Source of the DNA: an uncultured Gemmatimonadaceae bacterium
GTDB taxonomy: Bacteria > Gemmatimonadota > Gemmatimonadetes > Gemmatimonadales > Gemmatimonadaceae
DNA length: 64,000 nucleotides
NCBI GenBank assembly: GCA_963829055.1
Contig: CAWHHI010000012.1
Span: 224,001-288,000, forward strand
Direction: 5' to 3'
In this document: positions 18,540-29,594 of the stretch, one piece after another
Layout of the letters: each line of letters begins with the position of its first letter
How positions within the stretch are numbered: position 1 is the first letter of the stretch
Translations under genes and position numbers: made by a program
The notes under the pieces: generated by a model
The model's input: only the letters and a program-made list of their open reading frames with translations
What the model was told of the DNA's origin: nothing
The model's database searches: none

Positions 18540-19925
18540 TCATGGCTTGCAGACCGGATCACCTGTGATCTCCGGATTCGCCCGCCGCTCGCTGATTGGG
18601 ATCGGGAACAGACAGCCCGGCTGCTTACGCGTCGTCGAATTGGCGAGCCATCGCGATTCCCCCTCGAGTCCGATGCCGCCGGTCGTAACGCCGAAACGAT
18701 ACATGTCGCTCAGACGTCTCCCCTGAAAGATCAGGTTGATCCGCCGAGCATAATTCAGCAACTGAATCCGAGTTGGTCCTGTCCCGGCGTAGGGCGCCAT
18801 CCCGTCGAGCACTCGGATAGCATTGAAGTTGGCATCGAAGCCGGCGTTGTTGCCTTGCGCAAGCGCAACCTCGGCAAGAATGAGATGCATCTCGCGCTTC
18901 GAAACCTGGACCATCGGCGGGTTGTTCCCATCCTCGGCCTGGGCGACGATCGCGATCATCTTCTGAGCGGTCAGGTCCGGTCCTCCTGTCACCGGATCTT
19001 TCGCCGTCACCGCGACGAGGTGGAAGTCGTCGGGGTCGAGCGACGCGAGGTCGGGGGCCACCGCCAGTTCGCCGCGGTTGTTGAATTCGAAACCGAAGCC
19101 GCCTCCCGAGCCATCGCCGGCATTCTGATTCGTGGTCACGATCGAGTACAAGAAATCTCCCGGCATGAGCGGGAGCGCCGCAGTGGCGTCGGCCGCGGCG
19201 CCGGCGTCGTTCACCAACGGATTCGCGGGGACTGTGCCCGGCGGGTTGAGCTTCTGCCAGATCGCCTTCGACATCTTGACTCGAGCACGCAAGCCGAGCA
19301 CCACACCGCGGTTCGAGCCGGTGGGTCCGAGCGCGAGGGCGCGATCCAGCCACTTGGTCGCCGAGTCGTACATGATCGACATGTTCTGCTCGCCGATATT
19401 CTTCCCGGCAGTCTGCCGGTCGGAGATCGGCGTGTCGTCCCACACGTCGGCGATGGTCGTGTAGATGATCGCGCCGTTCACATATGCCCGTATGAGCAGC
19501 GACTCGTCCTGCAGCTTTTGATCTTTGGCGAACTGCTCGAGCTTCGCGATCGATTGCTCGGCGAGCCACCGTGCTTCGCCCACGTTGAAGAACGCGGCGT
19601 CCGGGTACTCGTTGTTCGGATCCCCGATGCCGCCGTTGTCCAGCTGACCGTATGCGTCGCGCGAACCGACCCAGATCGACTCGTCGGTTGCCGCCGTGTA
19701 CGGCGTGAGCGCCGACGAAACGGCGCGCGCTACGGCATTCTCGGCACCGATTACGATCGGAGCGGCCGCCGTCGGATTGCTGAGGGCCGCGTCACCAACA
19801 TTGTTCGGATTCTCGACGTCGAGGATGTTGCCGCACGCGGCCACGAGCACCGCGCTTGCAACGACTGCCAGCGCAGTGCGCGCGCGGAGCGGCGGCATCC
19901 CGTCGGAAAGGCTTCGAAGTTTCAT
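18540..19925 (-). CDS. SusD/RagB-like outer-membrane nutrient-binding lipoprotein
   Basis: VLVAA|C lipobox, LDVENPN, EMHLILAE, RRINLIFQGRRLSDMYRF, FPIPISE..ANP; follows a SusC-type receptor. Confidence 0.85.
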   Translation of the reverse strand: MKLRSLSDGMPPLRARTALAVVASAVLVAACGNILDVENPNNVGDAALSNPTAAAPIVIGAENAVARAVSSALTPYTAATDESIWVGSRDAYGQLDNGGIGDPNNEYPDAAFFNVGEARWLAEQSIAKLEQFAKDQKLQDESLLIRAYVNGAIIYTTIADVWDDTPISDRQTAGKNIGEQNMSIMYDSATKWLDRALALGPTGSNRGVVLGLRARVKMSKAIWQKLNPPGTVPANPLVNDAGAAADATAALPLMPGDFLYSIVTTNQNAGDGSGGGFGFEFNNRGELAVAPDLASLDPDDFHLVAVTAKDPVTGGPDLTAQKMIAIVAQAEDGNNPPMVQVSKREMHLILAEVALAQGNNAGFDANFNAIRVLDGMAPYAGTGPTRIQLLNYARRINLIFQGRRLSDMYRFGVTTGGIGLEGESRWLANSTTRKQPGCLFPIPISERRANPEITGDPVCKP

Positions 19926-19938
19926 GAGTGGGCTCTCC

Positions 19939-22900
19939 TTAGTAGCCGAGGCGGATGGAAAGCCCGACGCGGCGCGGGATCGGCAGGTTGAACGAATCGA
20001 CGGCGTCGAGGTAGTTCGAGTCGCGTCCACCACCGAGCGTGCGCCCGATGGCGTTCACCTCGGGGTCGGTGCCGACGTACTTCGTCCACAACGCGATGTT
20101 GCGCCCACTCAGCGTCAGCGCGAGATCTCGCGCGCCGACTCGGGCAGCGAATTTGTTCGGCGCCGTGTAGGTGATGCTCAGCTCGCGCCATCGTACGAAA
20201 TCCGCCGGCGAGTTCTGATTGAGACCATCGTACGGCGTGAGCGCGGCGAGACTGTAGACCCATTCCTTCGCCGCGGCGAGCCGCTGATCGACCGTGCTCG
20301 CGGGATTCTGGAGCGTCGCTCCAACGCGCGCGGACGCGGAGGTATTCCTCGCTCGCGTGCTCGCGTTCCGAAAGCCGCACGTGAGGCAGGTATAGGTGTA
20401 ATTCCCGCCCTTGTACTCGAACAGCGTATAGACGCGCCAGTTGCGGAACAACGTCAACGTTCCGCCCCACGCACCCGTGTAGTCGGGCGTCGGCTTCCCG
20501 AGGTCGGAATTCAGCCCGTTCTCGAGCAGGATGACGTTGCCGCTGAACAGATCGTTGAGGCTCCGCGGTGAGCCAAGAAACGTGCGAACCTGAGCTTCGG
20601 TGTCGGGTGCCCCATCGCCGTTGAAATCGTATGGAAGCTCACCGGCCTTCAGGCAGTTGGCGGACTGGCCGCCGCCACACGGCTGAAGAAGCTTCGCACC
20701 GAACAAGTGCCCGGGGTCGTAGCCCTCTCGCAGGAAGTTGCGATAACGCGGGTAGGAACCGCTCACTTTGAGCTCGGAAGCCCCACCGAGGCTGGTGATC
20801 TCCTGGTGCAGGAAGGCACCGTTGACGAACAGGTCGGCGTTTACGTTGGGCCGGTTCACCACGAGGCCGCGGAGCGAGAACTCCACGCCGTGCGCTTTCA
20901 TCTGCCCGATGTTCGAGAGTTGTCGCGTCTGGAAACCGCCCGAGAGGGGGTACTGCTTCTCGACGAGCAGGTCGTCGACGACGCGGTTCCAGTAGGTGGC
21001 CTGCAGACCAACGCGGTCACCCCAGAAGCCCGCCTCGAACCCAGCTTCGATTTCCGTCGAGACCTCGGGCTTGAGGTCGGGATTGCCGAGGTTGTCCGGC
21101 ACCAGGCCCGGAGCCCGACGCCCCACTGATGGCCTTGAATGTCGTCAGCCTGTCGAACGCGCCCGGCTGACGCCCCGACGTGCCGTAGGCGCCGCGCAAC
21201 CGCAGCGACGAGAAACCAGGCAGGTCCCAGCCCGCGTGATCGGTCGGAACTACGGAGAGGCTGACCTTCGGGTAGAGGACGCCACCAGCGTTTTCGCCGA
21301 ATGTGCTCGCGTAGTCATAGCGCGCGCCGACGGTCGCGAACACCCAGTTTTCCCAACCGAGTTGCTCCTGCGCGAAGAAACCGCCGTTGACGGTCTGCTC
21401 GATGCGGTCGTAGACGACCGGCTCCTCGCCCGCGCTCGCGACCGCAATCCCAGGACCCGGGAAGTTGTGGCTGAACCCACCCGGCTGCGTGATGCGCGAG
21501 ATGAATCCCTGCGCGCCGACGACGAACGACGAGTTGATGCGGGACGTGAAGTCACGCGACCAATTCGCCTTCGCGTCGAGTGTGATCTCACGATCGTTGC
21601 GGTCCTGGACCGTTTTCGCACCTAACGTGTCGTTGTTCGTGATCTGGTCGACGTTGTACAGGAATTCCTGGAAGCTGCTATTCTGCGAGCTCGTGTAGTC
21701 GACACCTACCGTGGTCGTGATGTTCAGCGACGCGAGCGGTGAGTACTGCGCATCGATTCCCGAGATGTAGCGGTCGACACCCTGCTTCGTGAGGATGCCC
21801 TGTAGCTCGTTCGGTGAGCCGAATGTGCCCTGCACGCCGTAGGCGTTGCCCGGCCCCTTGCACTTGCCCGGGGATGCGATGCCCAGGTTGGGATCGGTGC
21901 GGTCCGGATCGGAGTTTCTGCAGTTGGCGAGGTCCGGCTTGCCGAACAACGCCTGTGTGATCGGGCTGATAGATGTTGTTGGAGTTCTGGGGCGTCTCGA
22001 GGCGACTGTTCGTGTACGCGCCGCGGCCGGTGATCCGCAGCTTGCTGGTCGGCACCATGCTGACGTTGATCGTGCCCTGGGCGCGCTTGCTCAGGTCATG
22101 CGCCGGACCGATCGTCTGCCCGCCCCACGGACCATCCTCGTCGTAGTAGCGGCCAGACACGAAGTAGGTGAGTCCGCCGGCACCGCCGTTGAGCGACGCC
22201 GACACGGTGGAAGCCCTTCCCGTCTCGAACAGATTCGCGAGAAGCGGTTCGGCGAACGGCTGGAACGGCGTGATCGTTTGCCCCCAGAACTTACTGAGGG
22301 AATCCGCCTGCCCCTGGCGTAGGGCGTAGCCCCAGTTCGGCTCGAGGCGCCCGGTGGGGTACTTGATCGCCTCCTGCGCGAGGTTGAAGTCCCAGCGGGC
22401 GGCACCAGTCGTTCCCTTCTTGGTGAAGATCTGGATGACGCCGTTGGACGCCTCGGTGCCATAGAGCGTCGCTGCGGCGGCGCCCTTCAGCACTTCGATG
22501 CGTTCAATGGATGCCGGATCGATGTCGTCGAGGCGCGACGGCGAGCCGCCGCCGCCCGCGCCAATGTTGAAGCTGAAGTCGCCCGATGAGTTGATGCGGA
22601 CGCCGTCGACGAAGATGATCGGCTCGTTCGACTGCGAGAGCGATGCGTTACCCCGGATGCGGATACGCGCCCCTTCGCCCGTCATACCGCTCGATGGCAG
22701 GCCGACGAGTCCCGGCTCCTTTCCCTGAAGAAGCTCCGATGGCGTATTGATCGGCGCGTACTTCGGCGGTTCGATGTTTCCGATCGTGTTGCCGAGCTTC
22801 TTCACTTCAACGGCGCCACCGGTGCCTGTGGTGACGACGGCCTCGAGCTGAAGCACCGACTGGCTGATTTCGAAGTCGGCCGTCTTGATCTGGCCCGCGG

Positions 22901-23198
22901 TAACGACAACGGTGCGGTTTGATGGCGTGAACCCAACAAGACGAATGCGCAGCTCTACAGTCCTCGCGGGCACGTTCGTGATGCGGTACTGGCCTCGCCC
23001 GTTCGTGGCAGCTCCGATATTCGCGCCCGTGACGCCGACCTGGACGCCCTCGAGCGGACGGCCGGTGCCCGCTTCGCGTATCGTCCCCTCGATTGTACCG
23101 ACGCCGGTCGCTTGCTGCGCGAACAGAGTCGGTGGCAGTGCCATTGTGATCGCGACTGCAACGACGCTCGTTATCCGCTGACGAAATCGCCCTCTCAT
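19939..23198 (-). CDS. SusC/RagA-type TonB-dependent receptor (two apparent frameshifts, near 21118 and 21968)
   Basis: N-terminal carboxypeptidase-like domain, plug motif IERIEVLKGAAAATLYGTEASNGVIQIFTK, NLGNPDLKPE, terminal Tyr; split over ORFs 21678..23285, 21017..21949 and 19939..21126. Confidence 0.88.
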
Positions 23199-23465
23199 GA
23201 GTTCCTCCCGCTTCGTGGGTGCCTTACACTGAACGGTACGGCCGGTCGGATGGCTGATCCGACACATCGAGCGCGCGTCATTCAATCAACGCCAACACAG
23301 CGGACGGTCATGACGCACAAGGAGTCGGGCTGATTCTCTTATCGTCTTACCATTTCGGTATCGATCACTCGTGGCGTGCCGCACTGACTCGGCACCACGC
23401 ACGCCTGTGACGAAACGTGACAACGGCGGGCTGGGTCGTTCGTACACGCTTTCGGGCGTAGCTTT

Positions 23466-23493
23466 ATTACGATGGCGCTCGACGGCTTGTCAA
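23466..23493 (-). promoter_or_regulatory. Candidate sigma70 promoter for susC
   Basis: Minus strand TTGACA (23493-23488), 16-nt spacer, CGTAAT; locally AT-rich. Confidence 0.4.
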
Positions 23494-23738
23494 TAACGCC
23501 CTCTTTTTGCTTTACCCGCCGCGACACTAGGCCGGTGACCCGCATGAGTCTCGCGCCGTATGGCGGGATCGCTGGAGTGCCGCAGCAGTGAGATCCGTTG
23601 GGCGGCTCCAACACCGCAGCTGCGGGTGCTCGCCGACGGATCGGCAGCGAGCCCCCCGCGTCGGTCGACGGGTTGCCGCGCACGCACGACGCACGCCCAC
23701 GTTAGGCGTCGCGATCTGGTCACGCCCACGCTCACATA

Positions 23739-25208
23739 ATGCGTATTGTTGTCATTGGCTCGGGGTTCGGTGGTCTCAGCGCCGCGATACGGCTGCAGGC
23801 CCAGGGGCACGAAGTCGTCATCCTCGAGAAGCGCGATCGGGCCGGTGGCCGGGCCTATGTCTTTCGCCAGAATGGCTTCACGTTCGACGCCGGCCCGACC
23901 ATCCTCACCGCGCCGGCCATGATCGACGAGCTGTTCGCGCTCGCCGGCCGGCAGACATCAGAGGCAGTTCGACTCGTACGGCTCGATCCCTACTACAACG
24001 TGCGTTTCGAAGACGGGGCCGTGTTCCGGTACACGGGGGACTCGGAGCAGCTACGCGCCGAAGTTCGCCGGTTCAGGGGGAGCGACGTCGATGGGTACGA
24101 TCGATTCAGCGTCGCCGCTCAACGCATTTTCGATGCGGCCTTTCCGCTCGTCGACCAGCCGTTCACGACGGTCACGGACATGATGCGCGTACTCCCGGAG
24201 CTCGTCCGCCTCCGCGCTGACCGTTCCGTCGCTCGCGTCGCGGAACGCTACTTCTCGGACGAGCGCTTGCGGCAGGTGTTCAGCTTTCACCCGCTCCTCA
24301 TCGGTGGGAATCCGTTCCACAGCTCGTCGATCTACGCGCTCATTCACGTACTCGAAAAACGATGGGGTGTCTGGTTCGCCATGGGAGGCACGGGCGCCCT
24401 CGTCGACGCGCTCGTGCGGCTGTTCACGGATCTCGGCGGCGAGATCCGGTTCGATGCGGAGGTCGGTGGGATAGACGTCGATCTTGTGACGCGCCGCGCC
24501 CGCGGAGTGACGCTGGTTGACGGTGAACGGCTGACCGCCGATGCGGTAGTGAGCAACGCCAATGTCGCGTTCACCTATCGGCGACTCGTGCCGGCCGCCG
24601 CGCGAAAGGTGAACACGGATCGCCGCATCGATGGCCTGCGGTACTCGATGTCGCTGTTCGTCATCTACTTCGGTACCGATCGACGCTACGAGGACATCGC
24701 GCATCACGAGATCCTCATGGGGCCGCGCTATAAGGGTCTGCTCGGCGACATCTTCGACCGGAAGACGCTCGCGGACGATTTCTCGCTCTACCTGCATCGT
24801 CCGACGGCGACGGACACGTCGCTCGCGCCGCCGGGCTGCGACAGCTGGTACGTGCTGTCGCCCGTTCCGCACCTGGGCGGTCGCACCGACTGGGCGCAGG
24901 CGTCCGCGCCGTATCGCGACGCGATCATCCGCTACCTGGAACAGCGCTATCTGCCGGGACTGAGCCGTCACATCGTCGCCGAGCAGCGAGTGGATCCGCG
25001 GTACTTCCACGAGACGTTGAACAGTCACCTCGGGAGTGCGTTCTCCGTCGAACCGACGCTGACGCAGTCGGCGTGGTTCCGTCCTCACAACAAGAGCGAG
25101 GATGTTCCCAACCTCTATCTGGTTGGCGCCGGAACGCATCCCGGCGCCGGCGTGCCCGGTGTTCTCAGCTCGGGAAAGATCGTCGCGGACATGATCGGTC
25201 GCGTATGA
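23739..25208 (+). CDS. crtI: Phytoene desaturase
   Basis: VVIGSGFGGL, LEKRDRAGGRA, FDAGPT, EPTLTQSAWFRPHN, GAGTHPGAGVPGV. Confidence 0.92.
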   Translation: MRIVVIGSGFGGLSAAIRLQAQGHEVVILEKRDRAGGRAYVFRQNGFTFDAGPTILTAPAMIDELFALAGRQTSEAVRLVRLDPYYNVRFEDGAVFRYTGDSEQLRAEVRRFRGSDVDGYDRFSVAAQRIFDAAFPLVDQPFTTVTDMMRVLPELVRLRADRSVARVAERYFSDERLRQVFSFHPLLIGGNPFHSSSIYALIHVLEKRWGVWFAMGGTGALVDALVRLFTDLGGEIRFDAEVGGIDVDLVTRRARGVTLVDGERLTADAVVSNANVAFTYRRLVPAAARKVNTDRRIDGLRYSMSLFVIYFGTDRRYEDIAHHEILMGPRYKGLLGDIFDRKTLADDFSLYLHRPTATDTSLAPPGCDSWYVLSPVPHLGGRTDWAQASAPYRDAIIRYLEQRYLPGLSRHIVAEQRVDPRYFHETLNSHLGSAFSVEPTLTQSAWFRPHNKSEDVPNLYLVGAGTHPGAGVPGVLSSGKIVADMIGRV

Positions 25209-25312
25209 CTGATCGCATCAGCGGCGATCCTCGGCTGCGACGAGTCCGCGTTAGGTGATGTCGTAGCGGACCAGCCGCGCAGTGGTCACGGCGCCGTCGC
25301 CGGCGCCGTTCG

Positions 25313-25882
25313 CTAGAACGCGACGCCGATCAGGAACCTCGCGGTGCCGTACACGAACGGCGCGCTGTCGAACGCATCGGCGTCGCCGAGGATCCGTTTC
25401 GCACCGAGACCACTGCCGACGTAGAAGCGCCGGCCGCGACCAAGCAGCCAGTTGTAATCGACGTAAACAGCGATCGACGGGCTGGTCTCGTCGACCAGCG
25501 ATTCGACTCCGTTCTCCGTGACGTGCTCGCGAGTGTTCACCGCGCCTAACCCGAGACCGACGGCAAATGCACGCGGCGCTTCTTCGTTCGGGTACAGGCG
25601 CCCCTTCACCTCGAAGCTCGAGCGCGTATAGTCGCTCGGGGAGAAGTAGCTGAAGTTCGCGCCAACGGAGAACGCTCCCTGGATCGCCTGCTCCGCTTCG
25701 ATCGCGACGACCTCGAATGGAATGCCGAGCGGATTGATGGCGAAGACGTGCGTTCTATTGGGATGCCAGACGAACCGCACCCGCGCTCGAGAAAACTAGC
25801 GATGTGCTGCGCGAGACAGGGCAAGGACACGGATGCGGCGCGACGCGCGCACCCGCGCGGCAGTGTGTGAGGAGCCGCTCAT
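25313..25882 (-). CDS. Small outer-membrane beta-barrel protein (5' end uncertain, probably frameshifted)
   Basis: Alternating beta-strand pattern (YVDYNWLLG, FYVGSGLG), ends IGVAF; the clean ORF is 25313..25780. Confidence 0.55.
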
Positions 25883-26003
25883 GGAGTCGGGTTGGTGCCC
25901 TTCCGGCCGCGGGTTAGGTTTCCGCTCGCGGCCGGGAGCCGGCCCACCATCGAACGACGCGGCGCTGCCCGGCGCCAGCGACATCCATTACGTGCCTCTC
26001 GTC

Positions 26004-27242
26004 ATGAACATCGAGATCACTCCAAAGAAGAGCGACGGCGTCGAACGCCTCCTGCAGATCTCGGTGCCGATCGAGACCGTCCGGGCCGCCGAGGACAAAG
26101 CCGCACGACGCTACGCGACCAGCGTTCGGCTCCCGGGGTTCCGCCCGGGCAAAGCGCCACCGGCGATGGTCAAGAAGAAGTTCGCCGATGCGATTCGGCA
26201 GGAGACGCTCGAGAGCCTTGTCCAGGAGGCCTACAAGGAAGTCCTCGAGCGCGAGCAGCTGAAGCTCGCGTCGCAACCGCACGTGCACGACGTGAAGTTC
26301 GGCGAGAACGAGCCGCTGACGTTCGAGCTTCACCTGGAGGTGCGGCCTGACATTCCACTCGCCCGCACGCAGGGCTTCCGCGTTCAACGCACCGAGCGCA
26401 CGGTCACGGACGAACAGGTCCGCGACCAGATCGAACAGCTACGCGATCAGCGGGCGACGTGGGCGCCGGTCGAGGACCGCGCCGCGCCGGGTGACATGGT
26501 CAACGTGGTGCTCGCGACCGCGGACGAAACCGGAGCCATGCCCGAGGGCAAGCCGTATCCACTCGTCCTTGGCGCTGGTCAGGCGATCGCTGGGATCGAA
26601 GAGCTGATCATGGAAGCCAGGCCCGGCGAGACCGTCGAGCGGCCCGTGCAATGGCCCGAGGATTTTCCGGACGAGGCGCAGCGCTCGCAGATGAAGACCG
26701 TGCGCGTCACGGTGCAGGATGTGAAGCGCAAGACCGTGCCCGAACTCGACGATGCCTTCGCGCGCGAGGTCGGTGACTTCGACTCGATGGACGCGCTCAC
26801 GAAAGCGGTGCGCGACGACCTCGAAGCGAACGCAGAGCGCGAGACGGAATCGGAAATCCGTCAGCGCCTGCTCGATGACATCATCGGCGCGAATCCGTTC
26901 GAGGTCCCGCCGAGCTGGGTCAGTCAGCTCGTGGAGGCGTACGGGAACGCCTACCAGGTTCCGGAGAGCGAGAAGGAAAAGTTCGCGGCGGAGTTCCGCC
27001 CGATGGCGGAGCGTCAGGTCCGTCGCGATCTCGTGATCGACACGGTGGCGGAGCGCGAGAACCTAACGGCAACGGAAGCGGATCTCGACGATCGCATCGC
27101 CGAAACAGCGTCGAAGCGCGGCGCGGATCCGGGACAGCTCTACGCGTCGCTGCAAAAGGCAGGGCGTCTCAAGGAGCTCGAGCGATCGATCACCGAAGAC
27201 AAGGTCTTCAAGTGGCTCCTCGAGAGGAACACGGTTGAATGA
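26004..27242 (+). CDS. tig: Trigger factor
   Basis: LPGFRPGKAP ribosome-binding motif, PELDDAFA; upstream of clpP. Confidence 0.95.
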   Translation: MNIEITPKKSDGVERLLQISVPIETVRAAEDKAARRYATSVRLPGFRPGKAPPAMVKKKFADAIRQETLESLVQEAYKEVLEREQLKLASQPHVHDVKFGENEPLTFELHLEVRPDIPLARTQGFRVQRTERTVTDEQVRDQIEQLRDQRATWAPVEDRAAPGDMVNVVLATADETGAMPEGKPYPLVLGAGQAIAGIEELIMEARPGETVERPVQWPEDFPDEAQRSQMKTVRVTVQDVKRKTVPELDDAFAREVGDFDSMDALTKAVRDDLEANAERETESEIRQRLLDDIIGANPFEVPPSWVSQLVEAYGNAYQVPESEKEKFAAEFRPMAERQVRRDLVIDTVAERENLTATEADLDDRIAETASKRGADPGQLYASLQKAGRLKELERSITEDKVFKWLLERNTVE

Positions 27243-27250
27243 TGATCAAG

Positions 27251-27358
27251 AGCGCTGGTGGCTGGGTGTGGGTGCTGGTGGCTGGGTGACGCTGAGTGGA
27301 CCACTTAGCTAGCACCGAGCATCACCCAGCACCGAGCACGAGCACCAAGCCACCAGCT
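27251..27358. repeat. Palindromic GCTGG(G)T / ACC(C)AGC repeat element, copy A
   Basis: Left arm GCTGGTGGCTGGGTGTGGGTGCTGGTGGCTGGGTGACGCTGAGTGG; right arm ...CCACTTAGC...ATCACCCAGCACC...CCACCAGC. Confidence 0.8.
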
Positions 27359-27395
27359 TGCAGTTGAGTAGATCTTTCACTTTTCAGGAAGGCCT

Positions 27396-28025
27396 ATGCC
27401 GACGATTTATCCTCCGTACGTCATCGAGCGCTCCAGCCGTGGCGAGCGCACGTACGACATCTTCTCGCGGCTCCTCATGGACCGCATCATCTTCCTCGGC
27501 ACGCCGATCAACGATGACGTCGCGAACATCGTGATCGCGCAGCTGTTGTTTCTCGAGGCGGATAACGCGGAGAAAGACATCCACCTCTATATCAACTCGC
27601 CAGGCGGCAGCGTATCGGCCGGTCTCGCGATCTACGACACGATGCAGTGGATGAAGTCGCCGGTGAACACGATCTGCATGGGGCTCGCGGCCAGCATGGG
27701 CGCGTTCCTGCTGGCGGCCGGTCGCAACGGCAAGCGTTCGGCGCTTCCGCACTCGCGCATTATGATTCACCAGCCGTCCGGTGGTGCGCAGGGCACGGCG
27801 GCGGACATCGAGATTCAGGCCCGCGAGATCATCTATCTCCGCGGCAAGATGAACGACCTCATGGCGAAGCACACCGGCCGCCCGGTCGAGCAGATCGAGC
27901 GCGACATTGACCGCGATCGATTCATGTCGGCCGACGAAGCCAAGTCGTACGGCATCGTGGATCACGTGATCTCGCATCGCGGTGAGCTCGTCGAGCCGTC
28001 GAAACAGCCGTCGATGACTTTGTGA
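27396..28025 (+). CDS. clpP: ATP-dependent Clp protease proteolytic subunit
   Basis: [22 protein letters not shown] (Ser), IMIHQP (His), DRDRFM. Confidence 0.97.
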   Translation: MPTIYPPYVIERSSRGERTYDIFSRLLMDRIIFLGTPINDDVANIVIAQLLFLEADNAEKDIHLYINSPGGSVSAGLAIYDTMQWMKSPVNTICMGLAASMGAFLLAAGRNGKRSALPHSRIMIHQPSGGAQGTAADIEIQAREIIYLRGKMNDLMAKHTGRPVEQIERDIDRDRFMSADEAKSYGIVDHVISHRGELVEPSKQPSMTL

Positions 28026-28030
28026 TGTGA

Positions 28031-28077
28031 AGGGGTGTCGGCTCGTGAATTTGTTCACAAGCGGCACCCCTGATTTT
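28031..28077 (+). terminator. Hairpin between clpP and clpX
   Basis: AGGGGTGTCG-GCTCGTGAA...TTCACAAGC-GGCACCCCT followed by GATTTT. Confidence 0.55.
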
Positions 28078-28160
28078 GCTTGACCCCATGCGGGGACGTC
28101 TATTAGCTATCCCCAGCCACCCGCCTCAGCGCGGTGTGGAATCCCGTATCACGGACCTCC

Positions 28161-29411
<1,251 letters not shown>

Positions 29412-29418
29412 CAAGAGG

Positions 29419-29553
29419 CAAGCTGGTAGCTGGGTGGTCGTGCTTGTTGCTGGGTGATAGCTGGGTGGGGCGGGGTCGAGTCGACTCCGCCCTTTTCTAT
29501 CCAGCCACACCCAGCGTCACCCAGCCACCAGCACGACCACCCAGCAACAAGCG
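29419..29553. repeat. Palindromic GCTGG(G)T / ACC(C)AGC repeat element, copy B
   Basis: Arms GCTGGTAGCTGGGTGGTCGTGCTTGTTGCTGGGTGA and TCACCCAGCCACCAGCACGACCACCCAGCAACAAGC around the hairpin GGGCGGGGTCGA-G-TCGACTCCGCCC. Confidence 0.82.
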
Positions 29554-29594
29554 CCCTTTGTCGCTGCAACCCGGCAACGCGGTACATTACGTCC

